Shown: one piece after another, positions 51,289-60,766 of the stretch
Layout of the letters: each line of letters opens with the position of its first letter
Numbering within the stretch: position 1 is the stretch's first letter
NCBI GenBank assembly: GCA_963709585.1
Contig: CAVPXI010000006.1
Location: 256,001-320,000, forward strand
Direction of reading: 5' to 3'
Length of the DNA stretch: 64,000 nt
From: Candidatus Dormiibacterota bacterium
Lineage (GTDB): Bacteria; Chloroflexota; Dormibacteria; Aeolococcales; Aeolococcaceae
Program-made: the position numbers and the translations under genes
Notes under the pieces: model-generated
The model's database searches: none
What the model saw: only the letters and a program-made list of their open reading frames with translations
Told to the model about the DNA's origin: nothing

Positions 51289-51852
51289 GTGATCACAGAT
51301 CCGGGAGCCACGGAGCATCTTCGGGAGACCCAGACGTCCCGGCGCGTCATCTACACCGGCCGGCTGCTGACCTTCTACGAGGACGACGTGCGCCTCGCGG
51401 ACGGGACCCGCGCGCAGCGCGAGGTCGTGGCCCATCCGGGTGCGGTCGCGATCGTCGCCATTGACGATGCCGACAGGGTGGTCCTGGTGCGTCAATGGCG
51501 CCACGCCGTCGACCGGGCGCTCTGGGAGTTGCCCGCGGGCACGCGCGACCGTGAGGAGGCGCCGGCACGGACCGCCGAACGCGAGCTCGCCGAGGAGACG
51601 GGGCTGCGCGCCGCGCGCATCAGGCCGCTGGCCACCGCCCCGCTCACCCCGGGATACTCGACCGAGGTGATGCACTTCTTCCTGGCAACCGGCCTCACCC
51701 AGGGACCGACCGACCGTGACGCCGACGAGCGAATGGACGTCGAGCGCTTCGCTCGCGACCAGATCTCGGCCCTGGCCCGCGACGGCGAGCTGGACGTCAA
51801 GACCATCGGCGGCCTCGAACTCGCCGGCTGGAGCACCGCTGTCGATGGCTGA
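51289..51852 (+). CDS. NUDIX hydrolase (ADP-ribose pyrophosphatase-like)
   Basis: REVVAHPGAVA, VRQWR, ELPAG..., AERELAEETG. Confidence 0.92.
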   Translation: MITDPGATEHLRETQTSRRVIYTGRLLTFYEDDVRLADGTRAQREVVAHPGAVAIVAIDDADRVVLVRQWRHAVDRALWELPAGTRDREEAPARTAERELAEETGLRAARIRPLATAPLTPGYSTEVMHFFLATGLTQGPTDRDADERMDVERFARDQISALARDGELDVKTIGGLELAGWSTAVDG

Positions 51853-52237
51853 TCGACCGCTTCGCGACCCCGTCGACGCGGACCGCCTGATCGCGCGCGC
51901 CATCGAATCCGTCCTCGACGCCGTGCCCGAGATTCCGGGCGGTGACCTGCTCGCCGTCGAGGCCAGCCCCAAGGCTCAGCCGTGGGCGGAGACGGCCGCG
52001 CCTCCCGCGAGCGACAAACGACCGCTCGAAGCAGTCCTCGCCGAGTACGAGGCGCGGGTTGCTTCGGCGCCGGGCGCTCGCGCGGGTCATCCCAACGAGC
52101 CGCACCCCGGGGAGGCGTATCTCGACAAGCTGTCGCCGGCGCCGCGAAGCACCGGTAAGCGACCGAAGCGCCGCTGGCAGGGCGGACGCAAGCGGCGCGG
52201 TCGGGGCGGTCGGGGTGGAGGTGGCGCGCCCGCGTGA
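51845..52237 (+). CDS. Hypothetical protein with basic RGG-rich C-terminal tail
   Basis: Overlaps both neighbours (coupled); ends KRPKRRWQGGRKRRGRGGRGGGGAPA. Confidence 0.55.
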   Translation: MADRPLRDPVDADRLIARAIESVLDAVPEIPGGDLLAVEASPKAQPWAETAAPPASDKRPLEAVLAEYEARVASAPGARAGHPNEPHPGEAYLDKLSPAPRSTGKRPKRRWQGGRKRRGRGGRGGGGAPA

Positions 52238-53010
52238 CCGGCGCCGGGGAAGAGCAGCGGCGCCGAATCGACGGCGTCCTCTTCGACTACGGCGAGACGC
52301 TCGTAGCATTCTCGCGTCCGCATGAGGCGATCGCTGAGGCGGAGCGGCGGATTCTCGCTGTTCTGGCGACGGCGGGCCGGGCGGCATCGGGCCCGGTGGC
52401 GACGTCGACGGCCACGGTCCGCGCGGTTTTCGACCGAATCGATCGGGAAGTCGTCGCGCACCAGCGCGGCGGCGCCCTCGAGGAGATGGACCTGGCGGCG
52501 GCCTCCGTCCGCGCCTACGCCGACGCCGGTTTCGTTCTCGACGATGCCCTGCTCGACGAGGTGCTGCGCATCGAGCAGGAGGCGTGGTGGCGCGGCGCGC
52601 ACGTTGACCCGGAGGCGGTTCCCCTGCTGGAGTTCCTCCGGGGTCGCGGAATCCGCGTCGGACTCTGCTCGAACGCGCCGTACCGAGTCCGATCGCTGCA
52701 CGCGCAACTTGCCTTTCTCGGGCTCGACAGCCATCTCGACGCGGTGAGGTTCTCCGCCGAGGTGGGGTGGCGCAAACCCTCCCCACGCATCTTCGAGGCG
52801 GCGATGCGAGCGCTCGGGACGGGCGCCGCCCGCACCGTCATGGTGGGCGACAGCGAGACCGCCGACGTCGCCGGCGCACAGGCGGCCGGCATGCGCGCGG
52901 TACTCCTCAGCAGGAGCGGCGACAGCGGCTCCAGCAGGGCCGACGCGGTGATTACGGCACTTCGAGCATTGCCGGGTGCGCTGCGGAACATGGGCATATA
53001 CTTGGACTAA
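52234..53010 (+). CDS. HAD-superfamily hydrolase
   Basis: LFDYGETL, CSN, RKPSPRIF, MVGDS..DV.GA. Confidence 0.92.
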   Translation: MTGAGEEQRRRIDGVLFDYGETLVAFSRPHEAIAEAERRILAVLATAGRAASGPVATSTATVRAVFDRIDREVVAHQRGGALEEMDLAAASVRAYADAGFVLDDALLDEVLRIEQEAWWRGAHVDPEAVPLLEFLRGRGIRVGLCSNAPYRVRSLHAQLAFLGLDSHLDAVRFSAEVGWRKPSPRIFEAAMRALGTGAARTVMVGDSETADVAGAQAAGMRAVLLSRSGDSGSSRADAVITALRALPGALRNMGIYLD

Positions 53011-53012
53011 GC

Positions 53013-53264
53013 GTGGAGTTCAAGGAGTACATCAAAGAACGGTGCGCGGAGAGGGGGATTTCCCTGCACCGGCTCGCCCTTCTGTGCGATCTGAATCAGA
53101 TTTATTTCTATCAGAGCGTCAACAAGAACAAGGACAATCCACCGCCATGGGTGTTGCGTCGCGCCGCACCTCACCTGGCGGTTCCGTACATGGAACTGAT
53201 GATTCGCGCAGGCTACGTGCGTGAGGCGGACATCGATGAGTGGAGGCGTCACACCGGCAACTGA
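53013..53264 (+). CDS. Small XRE-like helix-turn-helix protein
   Basis: EFKEYIKERCAERGISLHRLA...PPPWVLRRAAPHLAVPYMELMIRAGY; TATACT upstream; lower GC. Confidence 0.75.
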   Translation: MEFKEYIKERCAERGISLHRLALLCDLNQIYFYQSVNKNKDNPPPWVLRRAAPHLAVPYMELMIRAGYVREADIDEWRRHTGN

Positions 53265-53288
53265 GGCCGCGCGCTGTTGGGCGTCCCT

Positions 53289-54497
53289 GTGACCGACCGC
53301 GCAATCATCCACCTCGACCTCGACGCGTTCTATGCATCGGTCGAGCAGTTGCGACGCCCGGAGTTGCGCGGACTCCCGGTCATCGTCGGCGGCGCACCGT
53401 CCGGCGACGGCACCGCGCAGTTGAACCGCGGGGTGGTCAGCGCCGCATCGTACGAGGCCCGCGCGTTCGGGGTCCATTCCGCGATGCCGCTGCGCACGGC
53501 GCTGCGCATGTGCCCGCAGGCCGTGGTGGTGCCGGTCGACTTTCGCGCCTATCGCGACGCATCCAAAGCCGTCTTCGACATTGCGCGCGACTACACCCCG
53601 GTCATCGAGCAGCTGTCGCTCGATGAAGCGTTCCTCGAGCTTACGGGCTCGACCCGCCGATTCGGGACCTCGCAATACATTGCCGGGGAGATTCGAGATC
53701 GGGTCCTGGCCGCGACCGGGCTCCACGCATCGTTCGGTGTCGCGACCTGCAAGACCGTGGCCAAGATCGCCTCCGACCTTCGCAAGCCACGAGGCTTCGT
53801 GGTAGTGGACCCCGGGAACGAGGCCGCCTTTCTCGCCCCGCTGCCCCTGCGCAGGTTGCCCGGCCTCGGGCCGGCTACCGAGCGAGCGTTGAGCGGGTTG
53901 GGAATATCGACGCTCGGGCAGCTTGCCGCTCTCTCACTCGACACGGTGCAGCGGCGGGTCGGCCGCGCCGCCGGAACGTCGTTGTGGGAGCGCGCGCGGG
54001 GCATCGACACGGCGCCGGTGACCGTCCCCGGGGCACCACGGAGCGTCTCGCGCGAGGAGACGTTCGCGCGTGACGTGGCGCAGCGTGAGGCCCTGCACGC
54101 GCGCATCGGCGAGCTCGCGAGCGACGTCGGCGCCCGTCTTCGCACCGGAGGGTGGACGGCACGCACCGTCACCCTGAAACTGCGCTACTCCGACTTCACC
54201 ACGATCACACGTCAGGAGACGCTGGCGTCCTCGACGGCGACCGACACCGCCGTCCGCGACGCCGCGCTCGCCTTGCTCGACACCGCCTGGACGGGTGATG
54301 CGGTACGCCTGCTCGGCGTGGGCGTGAGCGGGCTCGCCGACGCGCCCCAGCTGGACCTGTTCGACCGGCCGGCCGTCGATCGAATCGACCACACACTCGA
54401 CCGCCTGCGTGAGCGCTTCGGGCACGGTGCGATCCGCCGCGGTACCGGCGAGGGTCTGCACGACCTCGACTGGCGTGGCGACGATCTTCGCCGTTGA
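53289..54497 (+). CDS. dinB: DNA polymerase IV
   Basis: HLDLDAFYASVE, SYEARAFGV.SAM, SLDEAF, AKIASD.KP.G, LKLRY.DF, VRLLGV. Confidence 0.96.
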   Translation: MTDRAIIHLDLDAFYASVEQLRRPELRGLPVIVGGAPSGDGTAQLNRGVVSAASYEARAFGVHSAMPLRTALRMCPQAVVVPVDFRAYRDASKAVFDIARDYTPVIEQLSLDEAFLELTGSTRRFGTSQYIAGEIRDRVLAATGLHASFGVATCKTVAKIASDLRKPRGFVVVDPGNEAAFLAPLPLRRLPGLGPATERALSGLGISTLGQLAALSLDTVQRRVGRAAGTSLWERARGIDTAPVTVPGAPRSVSREETFARDVAQREALHARIGELASDVGARLRTGGWTARTVTLKLRYSDFTTITRQETLASSTATDTAVRDAALALLDTAWTGDAVRLLGVGVSGLADAPQLDLFDRPAVDRIDHTLDRLRERFGHGAIRRGTGEGLHDLDWRGDDLRR

Positions 54498-54512
54498 GCG
54501 AGGCCTCGGCGC

Positions 54513-55088
54513 CTACTCCTCGTCGATGTCGTCGAGGTATTCGACGATCTCACTGTCGTAGCGGGCCCGCGCCTCGCCGAGCATCGCCCCGACGATGGCC
54601 ACGCGCTCCTCCGGCCAGCCCAGCTCCGCGGCAAGCTCGACCACGGTCGGCTCCCTGCCGAACTCGTGACGGGCCCGGACCTCGGCTGCTTCGTAGATCT
54701 CGGTGTCGCGGACGAACGCCGCGTCGCTCGCACGCTCGATCGCAGCGAGCTCGATGGTGTCGTCCATGTGGGAGGCGACGAGCCGCCCGACGAACCTGCC
54801 CAGGCCCGACGCGGGGCCACCCTGGCCCGCGTACTCCATGACCGCCACCACGCCTGCGATCGTCCCCTCCTGGGCGAGGTCGCCGACCTCGACGCCCTTG
54901 CCACGCCGGGCTTCGGCGAGCTCGAGGATGGCCGCAAGCTGGTGCTCGACCAGCTCGTCGAGCGCCGGGCCCCTCCCCTGGATCCGCACCTCGGCGAGCA
55001 GGTCGGCGGTCGCCGGCTCACTCAGCGGGGGAAGCGACCGCACCTTGGCGTCGAGGATCTCGCGGTCGGTCAGCTCGCTCCTGGTCAT
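54513..55088 (-). CDS. Truncated sigma-70-like protein (regions 1.2-2-3, no region 4)
   Basis: LPPLS; LVEHQL..., RGKGVEVGDLAQEG...AV; FGREPTVVELAAELGW; ends in an acidic tail. Confidence 0.7.
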   Translation of the reverse strand: MTRSELTDREILDAKVRSLPPLSEPATADLLAEVRIQGRGPALDELVEHQLAAILELAEARRGKGVEVGDLAQEGTIAGVVAVMEYAGQGGPASGLGRFVGRLVASHMDDTIELAAIERASDAAFVRDTEIYEAAEVRARHEFGREPTVVELAAELGWPEERVAIVGAMLGEARARYDSEIVEYLDDIDEE

Positions 55089-55092
55089 CCGC

Positions 55093-55554
55093 TCACCCCG
55101 CGGCCCGCTCCACTCGGCCGCTCTTGCGCCCGAACCGCGCGGCGAGCTGCTCGCAGGCGCGGGCCGTCTCGCGACGCGCGGGACCCTGCGAGGCGAGTTC
55201 CACCGCGCCGGCGAACGGACGGCCGCTGAGCGAGTATCGCGCCGACATCACGACGGTGCAACCACCCACAACCTTGCGGATGGCGACCTCGACGGTCAGA
55301 TCCAAACCCTCCTCGAGGGTTAGCACCATGCGTTTGGGCGGGGTCAGCTCGCTGCAGACGAGCACCCCGCGCAGGTGGCGGCCGACCAGCCCCGCCTCAA
55401 CCTCATAGCGCGCGCCGACGCCACCCGACGGCCCGCTGATATGGCGGAGCCGCCGGATGGCAGGGAGCCAGTCGGCGTGCTCGATGTCGGCCACGACCGC
55501 GAAGGCTTCTTCGGGCGGGACTGGAAGGGTGACCTCGGCACGTGTCTCGATCAT
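55093..55554 (-). CDS. SRPBCC / polyketide-cyclase family protein
   Basis: PVPPEEAFAVVAD..., WLP, GVGARY. Confidence 0.82.
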   Translation of the reverse strand: MIETRAEVTLPVPPEEAFAVVADIEHADWLPAIRRLRHISGPSGGVGARYEVEAGLVGRHLRGVLVCSELTPPKRMVLTLEEGLDLTVEVAIRKVVGGCTVVMSARYSLSGRPFAGAVELASQGPARRETARACEQLAARFGRKSGRVERAAG

Positions 55555-55565
55555 GGTGTCTGCGC

Positions 55566-56390
55566 CTAGTACATCACTGTCGCGAACGTATCCGCCGGCT
55601 TGAACCCGAGCCGCGCGTAGACGCGCTGCGCGATCACGTTGTACTGGTTGACGTAGAGGCTGCAGCGCGGCACGTCGTTGAAGACGTAGGCGCAGACTGC
55701 GGCAAGCCCGGCGCGCGCGATCCCCTGGCCTCGGTACTTCGGCGCGGTGTACACGCCCTGGATCTGCACGACGTCCGGGGTCCATGCCGAAAGCTCGGCC
55801 TTGAACAGCACCTCACGGTCGCGCATCCAGATCCAGCTCCAGCGTCGCTCGATGAGGCTGAGCATGCGCATCCGCCACGCCGCCGCGTCGACGGCAAGCG
55901 GATCGACGCCCATCTCCTCGCGGTGCATCCGCGCCGCTGCGACGATCAGCGCTTCGAGGTCGGCTCGCGTCGAGAGGCGTACGTCGTCGGATGGTATGGC
56001 TCGAAGATCGCCACGATCGAGGACCATCAGCGGCTGCGGGTCACGCAGCTCGCGCGCCGGGCGAGGCGGTCGAAAAGCGTTGTGCAGCGCCATCACCGAC
56101 GCCCTGTGGCCGACGACCATTCGCGGCTGCGCGCCGGCACCGAGGGCTTGCGCAAGCGGCGCTGCGGCATCGAGGTCGGGGATGTAGGGCACCACCAACG
56201 ACCACCCGAGTACCACCGAGGTCAGCTGGTCCTCTTCGAAAGCGCCCCACCAGTCGCCTGCCTCGAACCCGAGCCGCAGCTCGCTGCGCAGATAGACGTT
56301 GGTGATCGGCTCATGATCGATGAGCGCGCCGAGTTGCCCTGCGTGTGCGGGCCCCAGGCGGGTGACTCGGAGTGCAGAGCGCGTTGCCAT
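55566..56390 (-). CDS. GNAT acetyltransferase (DUF4081 + GNAT)
   Basis: EEMGVDP, FKAE, QIQGVYT.P.YRGQG, SLYVN.YN, YARLGF. Confidence 0.9.
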   Translation of the reverse strand: MATRSALRVTRLGPAHAGQLGALIDHEPITNVYLRSELRLGFEAGDWWGAFEEDQLTSVVLGWSLVVPYIPDLDAAAPLAQALGAGAQPRMVVGHRASVMALHNAFRPPRPARELRDPQPLMVLDRGDLRAIPSDDVRLSTRADLEALIVAAARMHREEMGVDPLAVDAAAWRMRMLSLIERRWSWIWMRDREVLFKAELSAWTPDVVQIQGVYTAPKYRGQGIARAGLAAVCAYVFNDVPRCSLYVNQYNVIAQRVYARLGFKPADTFATVMY

Positions 56391-56452
56391 GCGTGCGATT
56401 GTCCTCGCATCGACACCTGCTCAGGCGGGATGGCTCGGCTATCCTCGGTAGC

Positions 56453-57037
56453 GTGACCTTGCCTTCCCCCTGCACGCGCGCCCTCGCGGCAGGCGCGTGC
56501 GTCGCGACCCTGCTCGTGAGCGCATGCGGATCGACCACCGCGATCGTGACCCCGAGCACCAGACCTGCGGCGTCCGCGGTCCCCTCAGCGACGCCGCAAC
56601 CGTTCGCTGGAAGCGGATTCCGCACCGACATCCCGGCCGGTTGGCAGGATCAGACGACGAACCCGAGCGCCGTCGCCGCGCTCACCGGGAGTGGCACCGT
56701 CCTCATGCTCCTTGCCTCGCCCGATCGCGGCGTGATCGTCGCGAGAACGACGCCACAGCCGGTTGCGGACGACCAGCTCGCGCAGCACCTGACCAGCATC
56801 GTTACGCCGGGCGCGATCGACGTGAGCCCGGCGGAGCCCGTCGACGTCGACGGCGCCTCCGGTGTGGTGATCACATTTGTAGTCATCCCCACGGGCGCCG
56901 AGGCGCAGGAGGACGAGGAGATGGTGGTGAACCAGGCGGGCAACACCTATGAGATCGCGCTCCACACTTCGCAGGCGAGCTTCGCCCGCGACGCCGCGCT
57001 GCTGCAGCAAGTCCTGAACAGCTGGAGGTGGGCGTGA
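56453..57037 (+). CDS. Lipoprotein with PsbP/DcrB-like fold
   Basis: Lipobox VSAC; F...PAGW, VDG..G, ends VLNSWRW. Confidence 0.7.
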   Translation: MTLPSPCTRALAAGACVATLLVSACGSTTAIVTPSTRPAASAVPSATPQPFAGSGFRTDIPAGWQDQTTNPSAVAALTGSGTVLMLLASPDRGVIVARTTPQPVADDQLAQHLTSIVTPGAIDVSPAEPVDVDGASGVVITFVVIPTGAEAQEDEEMVVNQAGNTYEIALHTSQASFARDAALLQQVLNSWRWA

Positions 57038-57062
57038 CCCCTGCTTCTCGTAGGATCAGGCA

Positions 57063-58115
57063 ATGCTGGTGGTCATGAACGTGCAGGCGACGCCCGAACA
57101 GGTCGCCAATGTCATCAGGCACGTGCGCGAGCGCGGCTTCGAGCCGATCGAGCTGCCCGGGGCCGACCGCCTGGCGATCGGGGTCCTCGGCAGCAACCCG
57201 GGGTCGATACGCGACGCTATCTGCGACCTCCCCGGGGTCGTCGACGCGATCCCGGTGAGCAAGCCGTACAAGCAGGTCACCCGGGAGTGGCATCCTGAGC
57301 CCACAGTGGTCGATGTCTCCGGCGTGCGGTTCGGCGACGGATCGTTCGTCGTCATCGCCGGACCGTGTGCCGTCGAGAGTCGCGAGCAGTTGCTGGCGAC
57401 CGCGCGAGCTGTGGCCCGCGCCGGAGCGACGATGTTCCGCGGCGGTGCGTTCAAGCCGCGCTCGTCGCCGTACTCGTTTCGGGGGCTCGGACTCGACGGG
57501 CTGCGCCACCTCGCTGAGGCACGTGAAGCGACCGGGCTGCCGATCGTCACCGAGGTCCTCACCCCCGCGGACGTCGAGTTGGTGTCGGAGTACGCCGACA
57601 TGCTCCAGGTCGGTACCCGCAACGCGCAGAACTTCGCCCTGCTCGAGGCCGTCGGCGGGGCTCGCCGGCCGGTGCTCCTGAAGCGCGGGCTGAGCAACAC
57701 CATCGAGGAGTGGCTGCTCGCCGCCGAGTACGTGGTCGCCCATGGCAACGGCAACGTGGTGCTGTGCGAGCGCGGCATCCGCACGTTCGAGGCCGCGACC
57801 CGCAACACGCTCGACCTGAGCGCCGTGCCCGTGGTCAAGTCGCTCTCGCACCTGCCGGTGATCGTCGATCCGTCCCACGCCACCGGCCACCGTCATCTGG
57901 TTCCCCCGATGGCCCGCGCCGCCTTCGCCGCGGGCGCAGACGGGCTCATGATCGAGGTCCATCCCGATCCCGAGAACGCCCTGAGCGATGGCGCCCAGTC
58001 GCTGACGCCGGCGGCGTTCGCGGAGTTGATGGGATCCATCCAACGCCTCGCGACAGCCCTCGATCGGCAGGTCGCAACAGCTCCGTCACCGGTCAGGGCT
58101 GCAACCCCGGGGTAG
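57063..58115 (+). CDS. aroF: DAHP synthase, type I-beta with N-terminal regulatory domain
   Basis: [44 protein letters not shown]. Confidence 0.95.
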   Translation: MLVVMNVQATPEQVANVIRHVRERGFEPIELPGADRLAIGVLGSNPGSIRDAICDLPGVVDAIPVSKPYKQVTREWHPEPTVVDVSGVRFGDGSFVVIAGPCAVESREQLLATARAVARAGATMFRGGAFKPRSSPYSFRGLGLDGLRHLAEAREATGLPIVTEVLTPADVELVSEYADMLQVGTRNAQNFALLEAVGGARRPVLLKRGLSNTIEEWLLAAEYVVAHGNGNVVLCERGIRTFEAATRNTLDLSAVPVVKSLSHLPVIVDPSHATGHRHLVPPMARAAFAAGADGLMIEVHPDPENALSDGAQSLTPAAFAELMGSIQRLATALDRQVATAPSPVRAATPG

Positions 58116-58139
58116 GATCGTCCCCGTGGAGCCTCGCCG

Positions 58140-58829
58140 ATGACCACCGTCTTCCAACCCACCCCGCAGGGCAACGGCCTCGTCATGGCCCCGGCCATTC
58201 CCTGCTCCCTCCGCGGATGCGCCAACACCGACGCGCAGGTGTGCGCCTACCGCGATCGTCGTGGCCGCCGCTGTCAGACCGCCTTCTGCCCAGCGCACAG
58301 GGTGTCCTTCTCGGGTATCGGCTACTGCCGCCGCCATGCCAGCACCGTGCAGGCGATCGGCGAGCTCGCCAAGGACCCGAACGGATTTCCCGACCTCAAC
58401 GATCGCGCGCCGTCGCTGGTCGACTGGGTCGCGCGCGATCTCGATCAGAGCATCCGGCGCCTCCTGGGCCGCGCAGCTCGGAACGGCGAGAGCGTCATCG
58501 TCGACGAATCCGTCCGGCTGGCTCACGACCCGGCTCGCAAGGCTCGCTGGGAACGGAGCTGGCGGATCGTCGAGCACACCGGTCTCGTCCTCAAGGTCAC
58601 CGTGCACGTGAGCGAGGATGAGGACGCGCTGGTGCACGTGAAGGTGGGCACCGAGATGGTCGCCGACGGCGTTCCACCCTGGATCGCGCGCCGCCGCGAG
58701 GGTCACGAGGTCGAGGCCGCGATCGACGTGTCGCAGCGACAGCTCTTCTACCGGTACCTCGAAGAGAACATCTCCTCCGCCGTGCTCCGCTTCCGGTTGC
58801 GAGGCGACCGCCCGCCCTGGGGCGACTGA
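58140..58829 (+). CDS. Hypothetical protein with N-terminal Cys/His zinc-finger
   Basis: CSLRGC..C..C QTAFCPAH..YCRRH pattern (B-box/AN1-like). Confidence 0.7.
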   Translation: MTTVFQPTPQGNGLVMAPAIPCSLRGCANTDAQVCAYRDRRGRRCQTAFCPAHRVSFSGIGYCRRHASTVQAIGELAKDPNGFPDLNDRAPSLVDWVARDLDQSIRRLLGRAARNGESVIVDESVRLAHDPARKARWERSWRIVEHTGLVLKVTVHVSEDEDALVHVKVGTEMVADGVPPWIARRREGHEVEAAIDVSQRQLFYRYLEENISSAVLRFRLRGDRPPWGD

Positions 58830-58833
58830 CCAC

Positions 58834-60024
58834 TCAAGCCGGCGCCTCCGCGCCGAGAATCCCAAGCAACCGCCCGAGCAGCTGCTGACCCTCGGTGCCC
58901 GGCGCGGCGCCCGCCGTGCCACTGGAAAGCTCGCGCGCGACGGCGTCGAGCTCGTCGAGCGCCCCGGGCGTGTCGAGGTCGTCGTCGAGGCGCTCGAAGA
59001 ATCGCCGCTCGTGCCGCTCCGCCGCCTCGTGAGCGAGCGTGCCACCCGCCTGCATCGCGGCGAGATAGCGGCGATACCGCGCCGCCGCCACCTCGACCTC
59101 GCCGTCGTCATACGCCCATGACTGCCGGTAGTGGTGCGACGCCAGCAGCAGGCGCACCGCAGCGGGCGGCACTCGAGCCACCAGGTCGCGTACGAAGATG
59201 AGGTTGCCGAGCGACTTGCTCATCTTCCTGCCCTCGTGGTCGACCATCGCCACATGCGTCCAGTGCCTGACGTAGGGTGCGACCCCGGCGGCCTCGGCCT
59301 GGGCGATCTCCGATTCGTGGTGAGGGAAGATCAGATCGTCGCCACCGCCGTGGATGTCGATGGGGTGCCCGAGCGCGCCGGTCGACATCACGGTGCATTC
59401 GATGTGCCACCCGGGACGGCCCGCGCCCCACGGGCTGGGCCAGCTCGGCTCGCCCGGGGCCGACGACTGCCAGAGCACGAAATCGAGCCGGTGCCGCTTG
59501 CGCGGGTCGTCGGGGTCGGCCCCTCGCTCGCGGCTGAGCTCGATCAGGGTCGCATGGTCGAGGCGGCTCAGCCGCCCGTAGTCGGGGTACGCGCCGAGTT
59601 CGAAGAAGACCCAGCCGTCGACGGCGTAGGCATACCCGCCGTTGACGAGCCGCGCGTTCCAGTCGACCATCTCCTCGACGTGCTCGGTCGCGCGCGGCGC
59701 CACGTCGACCGGGAGGAGACCGATCGTCGCCATGTCGTCGTCGAAGATGCGCGCCTGGTCGGTGGCGAGCTCTCGGAAGTCGACGCCGCGCTGGCGGGCG
59801 ACGCGCAGGATGTCGTCGTCGACGTCGGTGAGATTGCGCACGCTGCGCACCGCGATACCCGCGTCGCGGAAGCGTCGATTGAGCACGTCGAACACGTGGT
59901 AGACGAACGCGTGGCCGAGGTGCGCCGCGTCGTACGGTGTGATGCCGCACACGTAGATGCCGACCCGCCCGCCCCGCGGTTCGAAAGGCACCACCTCCTG
60001 GCGGGCGGTGTCGAACAGTTGCAT
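58834..60024 (-). CDS. MshC-like cysteine ligase (CysRS paralog without anticodon domain)
   Basis: CGITPYDAAHLGH, ERGADP, GRPGWHIEC, HGGG.DL.FPHHE, KMSKS; 396 aa, ends after the DDLDT helical bundle. Confidence 0.85.
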   Translation of the reverse strand: MQLFDTARQEVVPFEPRGGRVGIYVCGITPYDAAHLGHAFVYHVFDVLNRRFRDAGIAVRSVRNLTDVDDDILRVARQRGVDFRELATDQARIFDDDMATIGLLPVDVAPRATEHVEEMVDWNARLVNGGYAYAVDGWVFFELGAYPDYGRLSRLDHATLIELSRERGADPDDPRKRHRLDFVLWQSSAPGEPSWPSPWGAGRPGWHIECTVMSTGALGHPIDIHGGGDDLIFPHHESEIAQAEAAGVAPYVRHWTHVAMVDHEGRKMSKSLGNLIFVRDLVARVPPAAVRLLLASHHYRQSWAYDDGEVEVAAARYRRYLAAMQAGGTLAHEAAERHERRFFERLDDDLDTPGALDELDAVARELSSGTAGAAPGTEGQQLLGRLLGILGAEAPA

Positions 60025-60035
60025 GCGGCCCGATT

Positions 60036-60512
60036 CTACGGCGCGCTCGAGAGCGTCCCTCGTGGTGGTTCGCCCTCGAGCAGGCTCCGTGCCGCGTCGA
60101 GGACCGAGACGCTGTTCTTGAAGCTCAGCCGCGCCTTCGCCTCGTCGAAGCCGAGCCAGGCGGCTTCGGCGATCTCGGCCGGATCGGGATGCAGCGCCGT
60201 GCCTTCCGGGACCTCGACGACGAAGTGATGGACGCGCTTGAAGACCAGGGCACCGTGGTTGCGGCGGCGGTACACGTACTCGGACGGCGGCAGCGGGGCC
60301 CGGAGCACGAGCGATTCGAGCGCGATACCGGTCTCCTCGGCGATCTCGCGCAGCGCTGCAGCCTCGGGGGTTTCGCCGGCCTCGATGTGGCCCTTGGGGA
60401 AACCCCAGTGCCGCCCATCGCTGACCACGCAGACCTCATACCGCTCCGCGGCTCGCCGCACCACCACGCCTCCCGACGAGATCTCGTTGGGGCGCATGGG
60501 CCGGCGGGGCAT
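60036..60512 (-). CDS. NUDIX hydrolase (Ap4A hydrolase-like)
   Basis: SSGGVV, WGFPKGHIEAGETPEAAALREIAEETG. Confidence 0.9.
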   Translation of the reverse strand: MPRRPMRPNEISSGGVVVRRAAERYEVCVVSDGRHWGFPKGHIEAGETPEAAALREIAEETGIALESLVLRAPLPPSEYVYRRRNHGALVFKRVHHFVVEVPEGTALHPDPAEIAEAAWLGFDEAKARLSFKNSVSVLDAARSLLEGEPPRGTLSSAP

Positions 60513-60601
60513 GGTTGCACCGTACTCCGGTCCGCCCGGAGCGAGGACGTGCACGTTGGTCCGGTTCGCTGCGAGCCCGATTGCTATCATCGGGTGCTTC
60601 C

Positions 60602-60680
60602 GGCCCCGTGGTGTAGCCTGGTTTAACACGCCACCCTGTCAAGGTGGAGATCGTCGGTTCAAATCCGATCGGGGTCGCCA
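60602..60680 (+). tRNA. tRNA-Asp (GUC)
   Basis: Acceptor GGCCCCG/CGGGGTC, anticodon arm CCACC-CT-GTC-AA-GGTGG, T loop GGTTCAAATCC, encoded GCCA end. Confidence 0.97.
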
Positions 60681-60718
60681 CGCGCGTGCGTGGGCGCGGT
60701 CAGCGCTGACCCGAAAGC

Positions 60719-60766
60719 GGGGGATTCCCCCCCCATAAACAGGGGGCTCACGGGGGATTCCCCGTG
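60719..60766. repeat. Two copies of near-palindromic GGGGGATTCCCC, 33 bp apart
   Basis: 60719-60730 and 60752-60763; the second forms the hairpin CACGGGG-GATT-CCCCGTG between the convergent tRNA and ppk2. Confidence 0.6.
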
